Assembly (NCBI GenBank): GCA_964551375.1
Contig: CAZKBG010000001.1
Location: 570,001 to 602,000 of the forward strand
DNA: 32,000 nt
Direction of reading: 5' to 3'
From: an uncultured archaeon
GTDB taxonomy: Archaea > Iainarchaeota > Iainarchaeia > Iainarchaeales > JAAZKV01
Shown here: piece after piece, positions 1 to 8,593 of the stretch
Layout: every line of letters starts with the position of its first letter
Position numbering within the stretch: the first letter of the stretch is position 1
The notes under the pieces: generated by a model
Databases searched by the model: none
The model's input: the letters and a program-made list of their open reading frames with translations, nothing else
What the model was told of the DNA's origin: nothing
Position numbers and translations under genes: made by a program

Positions 1-185
1 AAATAAATTCAAAATCATAGCCAACTAACGAATAAACCAAAATAATTCTGCCTCACAAAATCAATAACTTAGACACTTGGCTAATAATTTAATAATTCCA
101 CCTTTAAATTTAAATAAAAATTAAAAAAATAAAAATAACCCTCATAAATATTCTAACAAATAAATCAAAAATTTCGTTTGATGTT

Positions 186-230
186 AAAAAAAATAGAAAA
201 AGAAAAAGGGAATTGCTTCCCTTTTTCTTT
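186..230 (-). terminator. Putative terminator of the S-layer gene (hairpin plus oligo-T)
   Basis: Perfect 14-bp inverted repeat aaagaaaaagggaa (199-212) / ttccctttttcttt (217-230) with the 4-nt loop ttgc. It begins 10 nt after the stop at 241-243. On the minus strand it is followed by TTCTATTTTTTTT (plus-strand A-run 186-193). Confidence 0.55.
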
Positions 231-240
231 ACTTCAATAT

Positions 241-2832
241 TTACTGTAGAGTATCTAAAGCTGCGATTAATGCTTGTGCAGCTGTAGCTGTGTCGTCTGC
301 AGTCCATCCTGCTACAACTATGCTACCGTCTTCTAGAACAGCTGATACGTAGTCTCCGCCAGCAGTTAGTCTGCTTTCAAGAGTTTCTCCGCCAACCATC
401 ATTGACTTTGATACTTTAGTGTTTGCCATCCATCCACCAACAAGGATTGATTTTCCGTATGATGATGTCTTGTCTGACTTAACTAAGTTAGCAACTGGTG
501 TTACAGTTACGCCTGAAGCTGTGCCTGCTGTTCCTGAGATAGAGTTAACTTTTACAGTTACTCCACCGTTAGTAACAAGGTCGCCTGCTTTAACGCCTGT
601 GTAGTCAGTTCCTGCGCCTGGTGTTGATACTAAATCAGCACCGCCCAAGTATACCTGTGCTTGTCTTCTTTCTTCTGGCAATACAACTGTGAATACGCTT
701 CCGTCTGAAGAGATTGAAGTTCCGTATTGAGTCATACCGCTTTCTAAGTAGTCTGATCCTCCTCTAATTGAGTCATTCCACTGTGAAGATGCAGCATCTT
801 TAGTTGGAGCAGATAAGTTAGTGCTGTTTGCTTCAACGTCAAGAACGTTTCCTGTTGCTGTGTTGATGTACATGTTTACATCCTTTGTTGCTAGTGATCC
901 AGTTACTCCTTCATTGAACTTGAATACTGCAACGTTGAATGATTTATCATTTGTATAGCCCAAAGTTGATGAGTGAGGCTCGTACCATGATCTATTTATA
1001 TCCCCAGTTTCAGTTTCGCCTGATGGAACAGCAGTACCCAAAAATGTCAGCTCAGTAGTGTAGTTAAGAGCTGTTTTGCTGTACAAGTCAAATGTTTGAT
1101 CTCCAGCCAATGCTAGGTAGTTGTCCTTCATCAAATTACCAACTGATACTGTTGTTGGATATCTGAACACATAATCTGTTTTGTCAACTATTCCGTTTCC
1201 GTAAGCGCCTAAATCTAAGCTTACTGTAGGGAATGTTGGAGCTAGAACAGGTGTGCCAGTAACTAACTTGCTTGTCCATGTTACTGTATTTGACCAATCT
1301 CCAGATGAGTTATTGTCAAATGATCCTAAAGCATATTGCAGAACAGAGTCTGTATTAACATCTGCCTTGTCAAAGAAATGGAATGTGTATGTTCTTCCAT
1401 TGATTGTTACTTTAGAATATGCATCTTCTGTCAACTGGTTTTCAACATAGAACGGTAGTTCGATTGTTGAACCCTTATAGTCCTTGTATGCTAACTTTCC
1501 CCCACCTAAAGTGTGAGTTGTAGTTGGCTTGTCTTCAAGTCCTACGAAGCTCAATTTAGCGAAGTTAGTTCCGATGTTAATTGATTCACCAACTTTTAAT
1601 GGTGCTTTAACAAGGTCTGAAGTTGATCCTGAAGTCTGATCGTATCTCCAGTTGTTATAGATTTTAATACTATTCAACTTATAGTTGCCTGCTGTGCCGT
1701 AATCAATATCAGCTTTCCAAGCAGCTTTGTTGTTTTCGCTACTGTTTGTTGAGTATGGGAATGCTTCGTTGTCTCTAATTTCAAGTCTTGTGTTACCTGT
1801 TCTTAGTGACACGTATGCTTTTCCTGCTGTTGTAGCACTTATACCAACGTATGTAACGTAAACAGTGTCAGCGAATTTGTCGCCGAATGCGCTCTTTAGG
1901 TCAGTATTGTTTGAAATATTGTCCTTTGAGTCAACAACAGTTGATCCGTCCTTTAGAACGAATGATGCTGTGTATGTTACGTTATCAGCAGTTTTTGTTA
2001 CATCAACAACTTCAAGAGTGTATGTCTTGTTTGCGTCTGTTGCTGAAGTTACAGTTACTGACTGTCCTTTATCAAGCTGAGTTGGAGTTGTCTTATCGTA
2101 CATTACCAACTTTGCGCCTGAGCTTTCGATTCTGTCAATTACGTATGTCTTTCCGAAGATTGGCACTGTGTAATCAACGTTAACGTTAGCATCTAGGTCA
2201 GTCATTGTTGCTGCCAAGATTGGGTATCCTGGGCTGATGTTAACTTGGTATGAAACTTTGTTAGTTGCATCCACTGAAGCTAACAGTTCGCCTGGAGCGA
2301 ATCTATTTGAGCCCTGGTCGTCTTGGTATATTACTTTAACATTTGCGTCAAGCTGTTCGCTTACGTATGTTGAAGTGCTTCCTTGAGCTAAATCCTTGTA
2401 AGCCCATGAAGTATTGTTAATTAATGATGGCATATCAGTTACTGTTGTAGCTAATTTTCTATCGTCTGGTGTTCCAGCGAAGTTATTCAAATCAGCCTTA
2501 TCAGTGTATCCTGATCCGCTTGTTACTACTGCTCCGCCAACAGTTAAGTCAACTGTCTTTTCTCCAACAGTTGTGCTTCCGCCAGCTGGTACTACTGCCA
2601 TTTGTGCAACTTTAGCAGCGATATTTCCTGCCCAAACTACATCTTCTGGCATTCCTATAGTTCCAACAACGATATCAACAACAGGTGATCCTGTAGCGTC
2701 TATCACGTTAGATTTCTGTAATGTGTCCAAGTTGGAAAAATTTGCAGCCATAACACCTGGTGCTAGTGCTGATCCAACTAATGCTGCTCCTAATCCGATT
2801 GCAGCTATTCTCTTAATACTTAGTCCTTTCAT
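241..2832 (-). CDS. S-layer protein, Methanococcales-type (S_layer_N / S_layer_C-like)
   Basis: ORF trimmed to ATG 2832, preceded by GAGGTGAAATGG (SD-like GGTGA). Signal peptide MKGLSIKRIAAIGLGAALVGSALAPGVMAA. The N-terminal VVDIVVG...DVVWAGNIAAKVAQMA and C-terminal ILVGG...IVVAGWTADDTATAAQALIAAL match my memory of methanococcal S-layer protein termini. Cys-free, rich in Thr/Ser/Asn/Val, with many N-x-S/T sequons. Confidence 0.8.
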   Translation of the reverse strand: MKGLSIKRIAAIGLGAALVGSALAPGVMAANFSNLDTLQKSNVIDATGSPVVDIVVGTIGMPEDVVWAGNIAAKVAQMAVVPAGGSTTVGEKTVDLTVGGAVVTSGSGYTDKADLNNFAGTPDDRKLATTVTDMPSLINNTSWAYKDLAQGSTSTYVSEQLDANVKVIYQDDQGSNRFAPGELLASVDATNKVSYQVNISPGYPILAATMTDLDANVNVDYTVPIFGKTYVIDRIESSGAKLVMYDKTTPTQLDKGQSVTVTSATDANKTYTLEVVDVTKTADNVTYTASFVLKDGSTVVDSKDNISNNTDLKSAFGDKFADTVYVTYVGISATTAGKAYVSLRTGNTRLEIRDNEAFPYSTNSSENNKAAWKADIDYGTAGNYKLNSIKIYNNWRYDQTSGSTSDLVKAPLKVGESINIGTNFAKLSFVGLEDKPTTTHTLGGGKLAYKDYKGSTIELPFYVENQLTEDAYSKVTINGRTYTFHFFDKADVNTDSVLQYALGSFDNNSSGDWSNTVTWTSKLVTGTPVLAPTFPTVSLDLGAYGNGIVDKTDYVFRYPTTVSVGNLMKDNYLALAGDQTFDLYSKTALNYTTELTFLGTAVPSGETETGDINRSWYEPHSSTLGYTNDKSFNVAVFKFNEGVTGSLATKDVNMYINTATGNVLDVEANSTNLSAPTKDAASSQWNDSIRGGSDYLESGMTQYGTSISSDGSVFTVVLPEERRQAQVYLGGADLVSTPGAGTDYTGVKAGDLVTNGGVTVKVNSISGTAGTASGVTVTPVANLVKSDKTSSYGKSILVGGWMANTKVSKSMMVGGETLESRLTAGGDYVSAVLEDGSIVVAGWTADDTATAAQALIAALDTLQ

Positions 2833-3189
2833 CCATTTCACCTCATTGACTAAAAACAATCCCCGTCGCTAACGCTCGTCCTATTAACAATATAGGCTAA
2901 ACCTAGCTACAAAGGCATTACGACTTAGTACTTCTTCGCCTTTTTAAAGGTTCTTACTTATTACGCGTAGTGCCTTACGTCAGCAAGGGGGTTTAAGGGC
3001 AAAATTACGCCATAAAAGGAAGAAGACATCGTCAATTGCCATAAGCACTTGCTTTTTAGACAAAACAAAAAACTGACGAAAAAACACTCAAAAACGCAAT
3101 TAAATCAAGTATTTTCAAATTTAAAGCTATTTTAAAAAATAAAATCCGCTTAGGAAAAATAGTTCGTTATTTGTCGGAGACGAAAGAAA

Positions 3190-3825
3190 TTACTCGTAAA
3201 TTTCCTTGTTGAATTTATCCATTGATTCCTTGTCAAGATGCTTCATAGCAAACTGGGCATACTTTTGGAATAATTCTGTCAAAAATACTAACCCATCGCC
3301 GAATTCGGACTGTGAAAACTCAATCTTTGAAGGTTTCATAACCTCAATTGAGGAAGGAGCATAGTAGAAAAGGAACCCTATAAGAGCTGAAAAATCCTTA
3401 ACCGTAATTGTAAGCTCCATAAATGAAGAACACATCTCATCTTCTTCAACAATATCAGCAACGCTGATGCCGTAAACAGTAAAACTCTTCTCACTCGCCA
3501 AGGCTTCCTTTAATTTTTCAATATGTTTCTTTAACAAATTAGCTTCAACAGCTTTAAGCTCAATAATCGCCCTTACTTTTATCTTAAAAGAATCATCTTC
3601 GGCAATTTTTTTTCTTTTCTGAAGCTCGTTAATAATATCCTGCCTCAAACGATACCTTGTTGGATAGCCTTCTTTTGTAAGCAAGCCAAGCTTTAGCATT
3701 CCTTTAAGCTCAACAAGAAGCTTGTCATAAGATAAATTAAGCTGCTTTTGAAGCTCTTCTTCAGTTTTTGGCTCTGAAAGCAGTAGAAGAGCAATCTTCT
3801 TCTGATCGTCTGAAAACTTTGACAC
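3190..3825 (-). CDS. Hypothetical protein with N-terminal winged-helix (wHTH)-like domain
   Basis: GTG start preceded by AAAGGTGA, with the SD 8 nt upstream. The N-terminus (KKIALLLLSEPKTEEELQKQLNLSYDKLLVELKGMLKLGLLTKEGYPTRYRL) has a typical MarR/ArsR-like wHTH pattern. I do not recognise the C-terminal ~130 aa. Oligo-T runs follow the stop on the minus strand (about 3135-3165). Confidence 0.6.
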   Translation of the reverse strand: MSKFSDDQKKIALLLLSEPKTEEELQKQLNLSYDKLLVELKGMLKLGLLTKEGYPTRYRLRQDIINELQKRKKIAEDDSFKIKVRAIIELKAVEANLLKKHIEKLKEALASEKSFTVYGISVADIVEEDEMCSSFMELTITVKDFSALIGFLFYYAPSSIEVMKPSKIEFSQSEFGDGLVFLTELFQKYAQFAMKHLDKESMDKFNKEIYE

Positions 3826-3978
3826 TAAAAATTCACCTTTAATAAATAACTCCTTACTTTTGTCTTTAAAAAAGTAATCACTGAACTAAAAAAGACTAAA
3901 AACCAAAAAAAGAAGAGAAATAGCGCAAAAATGCGGCTAATGGGAAGGGTTTAATAATAATAAAACGCAAATATCTAC

Positions 3979-4305
3979 ATGAGCATTATTCTTCTTGATG
4001 CATTCGCTGAATTTGCAAAAGGACTTAGCTTTTCCTTTCCTGCAGAGCAAGCCGCAAATGTCGCAATGGCGATGAACCCAAGCGTATTAATTGCAGGAAT
4101 TATATTAATCATTGTATCAATAATAATATTTTTTGTTCTAAAAAAAATGATAGAACACGCAATACTTGGCGCAATCTCATGGGCAATAGCAATTTTTGTT
4201 TTTAACATCCAGCTTCCGTTAATTCCAAGCCTTGTGATTTCAATAGTAATGGGGCCAGCGGGACTTGGAGCAATGCTCTTAATGAAATTCATGGGATTAT
4301 TCTAA
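3979..4305 (+). CDS. Small polytopic membrane protein, BofA-family-like
   Basis: 108 aa with 3 hydrophobic segments. ILGAISWAIAIFVFN...LPLIPSLVISIVMGPAGLGAMLL resembles the BofA family pattern (GA..L...N ... P.N..T....LG.PG...L). Preferred over the fully overlapping minus-strand ORF 3975-4292. Confidence 0.5.
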   Translation: MSIILLDAFAEFAKGLSFSFPAEQAANVAMAMNPSVLIAGIILIIVSIIIFFVLKKMIEHAILGAISWAIAIFVFNIQLPLIPSLVISIVMGPAGLGAMLLMKFMGLF

Positions 4306-4322
4306 TCAGGCTGATTATTAGT

Positions 4323-5543
4323 TCAATTATTAATCAAATTTTGAAGCGAAGCGCTTGATTGGGTTAAATCATTTAAAAAACCAGAATAACTATTCCAAGA
4401 TCCGTCTCTAAAAAGGAAAAAATCCCCGTCAGTAATAATAGTATCAATATAAGATGCATGAGTTCTTGAAGAGTCGGTCAAAAATATCCCAGAACCCTGC
4501 CCAACTAACCCTAAATACATTCCATTCTGCGGCTCGATAAGCTCCGCGCTTTTAATTGCATCAATATCGCTTATTGATTTTATTTCTTTATTTGCAAATG
4601 CAATAACGCAGTGCCCCCCAATCTCGCCGGATTGAAGATCAAACATTGCCCCGCACACAATTACTGGATAAATGTTTTGCTTTTGAAGATTTTTCCCCGA
4701 AGCATCAGGCAAATACCATGTTCCTGAAGAAGTAACATCAAATTTATCCAAAGGGCTCTCAACCCAAGCTGATAAAGAAAGACTGTTTGCTCCGCACTTC
4801 TTTATCAGCGAATTATATTCCGCTTTATAAAACAGGGAAAAATCCTCGCAATCCCCTTTTCGATTTGTGTAAAATGCATCAAGCGACTGGAGCTTATCCA
4901 CAGCTTTTGAAGTAACTGAATCAGCAGCGTAAGCAAAACTCAAAAGCTTGTTATTAACAAAATAAAAACACCCTAAATTTATTCTGCACTCATTTCCAAC
5001 GATTTTATAACACTCTGAATTCAAATAATTAAGAACATTGCTTTGATTTGAAGAAAGCTCTGCGTTATCATTAAACCAATCCATTGAACTCTGAATTTCT
5101 TTCTTATAAGAATCAACTTTAGACAGAGTAATTTGCGCCTCTGATTTTAAAGTTTCATAAGAAGAAGAAATGCTCGCATTTTTTGACTCCAAATCCGAAT
5201 ACTTCCTGCTCAAATCAACATACATTGATTCCATCTTTGCATTTTGAAGAGTCAAATCCGCAATATCTGAATTCAGCGCCTCAATTCTTAACTCTGATTT
5301 TGAAACAAAATTAATATGGTCCTCTTTTGCGAGATTTAACTCATTTTGAATAAGAGAAATCTGGCCAAACTGGATAATTACTGCAAAAGCTAAAACAGCA
5401 ATAAAGAAAATAAAAACCCCAAAAATCAAAGGATACAGCCAGGGAAAATTCTTTGGCTTTTCTGATTTTATTAACCCGCCAGAATTAACAGAAACAGCTG
5501 ACGCACGAACTAAATGCCCTTTATGTTTTCGCTTAATTGGCAC
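4323..5543 (-). CDS. Membrane-anchored coiled-coil protein with C-terminal transglutaminase-like (papain-fold Cys-His) domain
   Basis: GTG start, then a basic N-terminus. One TM helix (WLYPLIFGVFIFFIAVLAFAVIIQF) is followed by ~100 aa of heptad-like, Ser/Glu/Lys-rich sequence. The Cys-containing globular domain has RKGDCEDFSLFY (TGase-core G-x-C-x-x-F motif) and GGHCVIAF...ELIEPQNG (His, then an acidic residue). Confidence 0.55.
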   Translation of the reverse strand: MPIKRKHKGHLVRASAVSVNSGGLIKSEKPKNFPWLYPLIFGVFIFFIAVLAFAVIIQFGQISLIQNELNLAKEDHINFVSKSELRIEALNSDIADLTLQNAKMESMYVDLSRKYSDLESKNASISSSYETLKSEAQITLSKVDSYKKEIQSSMDWFNDNAELSSNQSNVLNYLNSECYKIVGNECRINLGCFYFVNNKLLSFAYAADSVTSKAVDKLQSLDAFYTNRKGDCEDFSLFYKAEYNSLIKKCGANSLSLSAWVESPLDKFDVTSSGTWYLPDASGKNLQKQNIYPVIVCGAMFDLQSGEIGGHCVIAFANKEIKSISDIDAIKSAELIEPQNGMYLGLVGQGSGIFLTDSSRTHASYIDTIITDGDFFLFRDGSWNSYSGFLNDLTQSSASLQNLINN

Positions 5544-5604
5544 AAAATCACTAGAAAAATAAACGCCAAAACTTAATAAAACCCTTTGGAATCAAAAACA
5601 ATAC

Positions 5605-6213
5605 ATGGAAGTAAATGAAAGCACTAAGCTTGAAGCTGTTAGAGAAGAATTGTTAAATCACGCAAAGAAACACCCCCTTCACAAAAATGTGATTGACACA
5701 AACGGGCACATTGTTTTTGGAAGAGGAAGCGAAAATGCAAAAATACTATTTGTCGGAGAAGCCCCTGGATTCAGTGAGAACGAAAACGGAAAGCCGTTTG
5801 TCGGAAGAAGCGGAAAACTGCTTGAAGAATGGGTGAAAGAACTCGGGCTCACCAGCGAAGATTACGCTGTAATTAATGTTGTTCCAATAATTCCATTAAG
5901 CGAAGAAAAGAAAATACGCCCGCCCACTCCCGAAGAAATTAATTACTTCCTTCCGGTTACTATGAAAATGGTTAACGCAATCAACCCCGAGGTAATTGTG
6001 CTCCTTGGAAAAAGCGCAGCAAGGGGATTTGGAAAAGAAAGCATGCGAGTCGGAGAAACTATTATTTATGAAGGCAAAAAAATGTTCTTCATTTACCACC
6101 CCGCATATTATTTACGAAACGGCAGAAAAGGACTTGAAGATTTGGCAAATCTAAAAAAGCTTTTGAATGAGAAAAAGGAAATAAAAAAACAAACAAGTCT
6201 TCAAAGCTTCTAA
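5605..6213 (+). CDS. udg: Uracil-DNA glycosylase, family 4-like (cysteine-free variant)
   Basis: Motif A is VGEAPGFSENENGKPFVGRSGKLL and motif B is HPAYYLRN, with a family-4-type overall layout. The translation contains no Cys at all. Confidence 0.75.
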   Translation: MEVNESTKLEAVREELLNHAKKHPLHKNVIDTNGHIVFGRGSENAKILFVGEAPGFSENENGKPFVGRSGKLLEEWVKELGLTSEDYAVINVVPIIPLSEEKKIRPPTPEEINYFLPVTMKMVNAINPEVIVLLGKSAARGFGKESMRVGETIIYEGKKMFFIYHPAYYLRNGRKGLEDLANLKKLLNEKKEIKKQTSLQSF

Positions 6214-6235
6214 TTTAATAGGACTGATTGAAGCA

Positions 6236-7015
6236 TTACCTTACATAGCTTAAATTATCTGCCTTTGGCTCATCTTCAATAGGGTGCTCAAGGCCTGATG
6301 TAAGTTCTTTGAAAGTCTTTTCAATCTGCTTAGCTTCTTTTTCAATGCTCTTCATCTTAACAGTGAAGTTAAATCTTTTTGAAATAAGCTCAACAACCTG
6401 CTTTGCGCTTCCATGATCCCCGTAAACTAACTGAGGATTTGTTTCGCCCATCAAGCAAGCGCCTTTAATATTATGAAGCCTTCCAATGCCCACTAATAAT
6501 CCAGCAGCGCCAGAAATCAATCCTTCTTTCTTATCCTCTTTTGCTCCAACCTTCTTCCACATCTCAACAACGCTTTCTTCAGTGCCCGCCACAATAACTT
6601 CAGGCTTTTTATTCAACCTGTTGTCGCCGACATTAATTCCCGCAAGAGTAATTATTTCAATAACGCCAATGCTCTTAAAATAATTTACAAGAGTTTCTGA
6701 AAATTCATAATGCTCATGAGAAGAGCCGACCTTAAAATCAAGAGTGGGCTGAACAGGACCTGCTAAGAAAAGAAAATCCTTCCCTTTCACATTAAAGTGA
6801 AACAAATCATCCTTAATCAAAAAAACTTTTGAATCTTTAGTGTGAACGCTTGGAGGGAATGAATCCGATAAAATCTCCGCAACTTTCTCAGTCTTAAACT
6901 GCTTCAATAAATAATCAACAGCAATCTTGCCAACTAAGCCGATGCCCGGCAGTCCCACTATAAGAACCGCGTCTTTTAAGGCAACCTTTTTTGTAACAAG
7001 AATTCGCGTAGGCAT
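6236..7015 (-). CDS. PAC2-family proteasome assembly chaperone (PbaA/PbaB-like)
   Basis: LIVGLPGIGLVGKIAVDYL near the N-terminus, ISGAAGLL further on, and a length of ~260 aa fit the archaeal PAC2 family. The ORF-track start is TTG at 7021; ATG at 7015 is preferred. Confidence 0.7.
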   Translation of the reverse strand: MPTRILVTKKVALKDAVLIVGLPGIGLVGKIAVDYLLKQFKTEKVAEILSDSFPPSVHTKDSKVFLIKDDLFHFNVKGKDFLFLAGPVQPTLDFKVGSSHEHYEFSETLVNYFKSIGVIEIITLAGINVGDNRLNKKPEVIVAGTEESVVEMWKKVGAKEDKKEGLISGAAGLLVGIGRLHNIKGACLMGETNPQLVYGDHGSAKQVVELISKRFNFTVKMKSIEKEAKQIEKTFKELTSGLEHPIEDEPKADNLSYVR

Positions 7016-7115
7016 AAGCAATTACAAGAAAGAAAAGGAATAAAAACGTGCCTTAGATGCGGGCAAAAAATACTTTAATATAAACCCCAAAAAGCGGGCA
7101 TAAAAATCAGGGAAA

Positions 7116-7886
7116 CTACTTCTTTTCATCTCTTTTGAATTCAAATGAAACGCCGAGTTTCTTTGCCTTCTTTTCAGCATTCTCAATCGCAGCAGTCAAA
7201 GTTTTGTCAGCATCCTTAAAAGTCAGTCCCGCGCAGGCAACATTAAAACTTCCGCCCCCCGCGTAATTAATTGTGCAGCCCTTAAAGCCCTCGGTCTCTG
7301 ATAATACTTCCTTAATTGAATTAAGCCCGTTTGATTTTGCTGATAAGAGCTTAAGCTTTCCAGTAATTTCCTTTTTTGAAACAACAATGTTTTTATCAAC
7401 CAAATCCTTAACAGGAGCAACCCAAGCTTTTGCAAGAACATTGGAAGGATCATATCCGAGAGCGATTTTTTCAAAAGCCTCATACAAAGAACCGTGCTCT
7501 AAATTCAGCGGCTCCGCAACTTCAGCCCACACAACGCTGAATTCTTTTCCAGTAGTTTTTGATAAAATTTCAATTAACTTCTCTTCCCTGTTAATCTGCT
7601 TGAACTGTGTAAGAACCTGTCTCTCCCTCATCGGATTAATACCCGCAAATGCCAAATCCACCTGCTTTTTTTCCTTATCAACATTAAGAACTTTTGCCGC
7701 CCTTACTTGGTTCATTTTAACAAAATTTCTGATGTTTTTTACCCAAGAACTTGAAACATTACTTATGTGAACAAAGCCTCTGACCTGCTTGTACTCTAAT
7801 AATTCAACAAAAACCCCATAATCCAGAATCTGGTTAACTTTAACTACCACAAAATCATCGCGGTTAGGAAAATCCACTTCACTCAC
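7116..7886 (-). CDS. eif2a: Translation initiation factor 2 alpha subunit (aIF2-alpha)
   Basis: N-terminal S1 domain (FVVVKVNQILDYGVFVELLEYKQVRGFVHISNVSSSWVKNIRNFVKMNQVRAAKVLNVDKEKKQVDLA), followed by helical and alpha-beta domains of the correct length. GTG start. Confidence 0.9.
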   Translation of the reverse strand: MSEVDFPNRDDFVVVKVNQILDYGVFVELLEYKQVRGFVHISNVSSSWVKNIRNFVKMNQVRAAKVLNVDKEKKQVDLAFAGINPMRERQVLTQFKQINREEKLIEILSKTTGKEFSVVWAEVAEPLNLEHGSLYEAFEKIALGYDPSNVLAKAWVAPVKDLVDKNIVVSKKEITGKLKLLSAKSNGLNSIKEVLSETEGFKGCTINYAGGGSFNVACAGLTFKDADKTLTAAIENAEKKAKKLGVSFEFKRDEKK

Positions 7887-7947
7887 AAAAATAACTCTAA
7901 AGAATCAGCTTAAAAACTTGCCAGAAAGGGGGTAAAAAATGAAAAAA

Positions 7948-8484
7948 TCACTTTTCTTCAGCGATTTTTCGGGTAACAAAAAGCCTTGCAACCTTAGTTG
8001 GAAGCTCCACGCTCTGCCCTTCAGAAAAGGGACCGTATTCCTTCATATCAGTCCCCACAAAAGTCGGAACATCTTTTAGAATCTTAACCATCACAAGCTG
8101 GGATTCTTTCTTCTCTTTCTCGCCGAAGAAAGACTGATGAATATCATAATGCTCTTCAAGAATTCTTAATAATTTTCTAAAAACATCCTTTTCCTGATGA
8201 GCCATCTTCTCATCGCTGACTTCTTTAGTGTGAACAGTAATAAGGGCTTTATTTAGAATTTTTTTCTCCCTCATTAAGAAGATTTCCTCAATCACGCGCT
8301 TTAAATTAGTAAACTCGCGGGCATTTGAAGCAGAAAAATCCTTCAAAGAAGCAAGGTACTTCTTTTTCTCTTCCTCGACAAAAGCGCTCAAAGAATCAAT
8401 AAAATCGTCGTCAACCTCGACCAACTTAGAAGTATTCTTTTCAAGCCTGTGAATTCTGCGAAGCTCATCATAATCAATTCGCAT
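7948..8484 (-). CDS. GINS complex subunit (Gins51/Gins15-type)
   Basis: Trimmed to ATG 8484 (MRIDYDELRRIHRLEK...). N-terminal helical A-domain, then a C-terminal B-domain motif VPTFVGTDMKEYGPFSEGQSVELPTKVARLFV. Lies directly downstream of priS, as described for Gins15 in Sulfolobus. Confidence 0.7.
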   Translation of the reverse strand: MRIDYDELRRIHRLEKNTSKLVEVDDDFIDSLSAFVEEEKKKYLASLKDFSASNAREFTNLKRVIEEIFLMREKKILNKALITVHTKEVSDEKMAHQEKDVFRKLLRILEEHYDIHQSFFGEKEKKESQLVMVKILKDVPTFVGTDMKEYGPFSEGQSVELPTKVARLFVTRKIAEEK

Positions 8485-8593
8485 CTTACCCCTTTCCCCA
8501 AGAAAAAGGACAACAAAACTAATTAAAAAGCAATCCAAAGAGAGAAAGTTGTTTTTTAAAGATAAAACAGCAGAACACAAAACTAAACTGACT

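Noticed and set aside
2414-2872. 152-aa plus-strand ORF, and smaller ones at 419-604, 1253-1450, 1865-2183 and 110-307, inside or abutting the S-layer gene
   Set aside because: These are antisense shadows of a strongly codon-biased gene. Their products are low-complexity with no start context. The 110-307 ORF crosses the terminator hairpin and a poly-A/T tract.
2912-2975. 11-bp inverted repeat with one mismatch (aaggcattacg / cgtagtgcctt) flanking the TATA-like box upstream of the S-layer gene
   Set aside because: A rough expectation for a 10-of-11 inverted match somewhere in a 330-bp spacer is about 0.4. It is therefore not significant on its own as an operator or leader stem.
3975-4292. 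105-aa minus-strand ORF almost exactly co-extensive with the plus-strand 108-aa ORF (3979-4305)
   Set aside because: Only one of the two is likely to be real. The plus-strand product has a coherent three-helix membrane topology and a BofA-like motif. The minus-strand product has no recognisable pattern and looks like an antisense shadow. This cannot be fully excluded without conservation data.
7059-7106. Direct repeat gcgggca(a/t)aaaa x2 in the aIF2-alpha/PAC2 spacer, also checked for a missing Nop10 gene
   Set aside because: On the minus strand the repeats read as G/C clamps followed by T-runs around a TTTATATT box. That is consistent with ordinary terminator and promoter signals. The 100-nt gap holds only an 8-codon ORF, so no Nop10-sized gene fits.
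7273-7770. Long antisense ORFs opposite well-supported genes: 7273-7770 in aIF2-alpha, 11021-11359 in PCNA, 22513-22962, 26664-27044, 24868-25209, 17754-18074, and 31438-31983 opposite ychF
   Set aside because: Each lies wholly within a gene with strong family motifs on the other strand, and none shows a motif of its own. I treated them as frame shadows.
8485-8580. N-terminal extensions proposed by the ORF track (GINS 8485-8580, PCNA-B 12421-12477, pyrB 23844-23906, S-layer 2833-2859, and TTG/GTG codons one to four positions upstream of ATGs in several genes)
   Set aside because: The extensions encode hydrophobic or low-complexity sequence absent from the families concerned. Internal ATGs give canonical N-termini, often with a GGTGA-type SD or a TATA box at suitable spacing.
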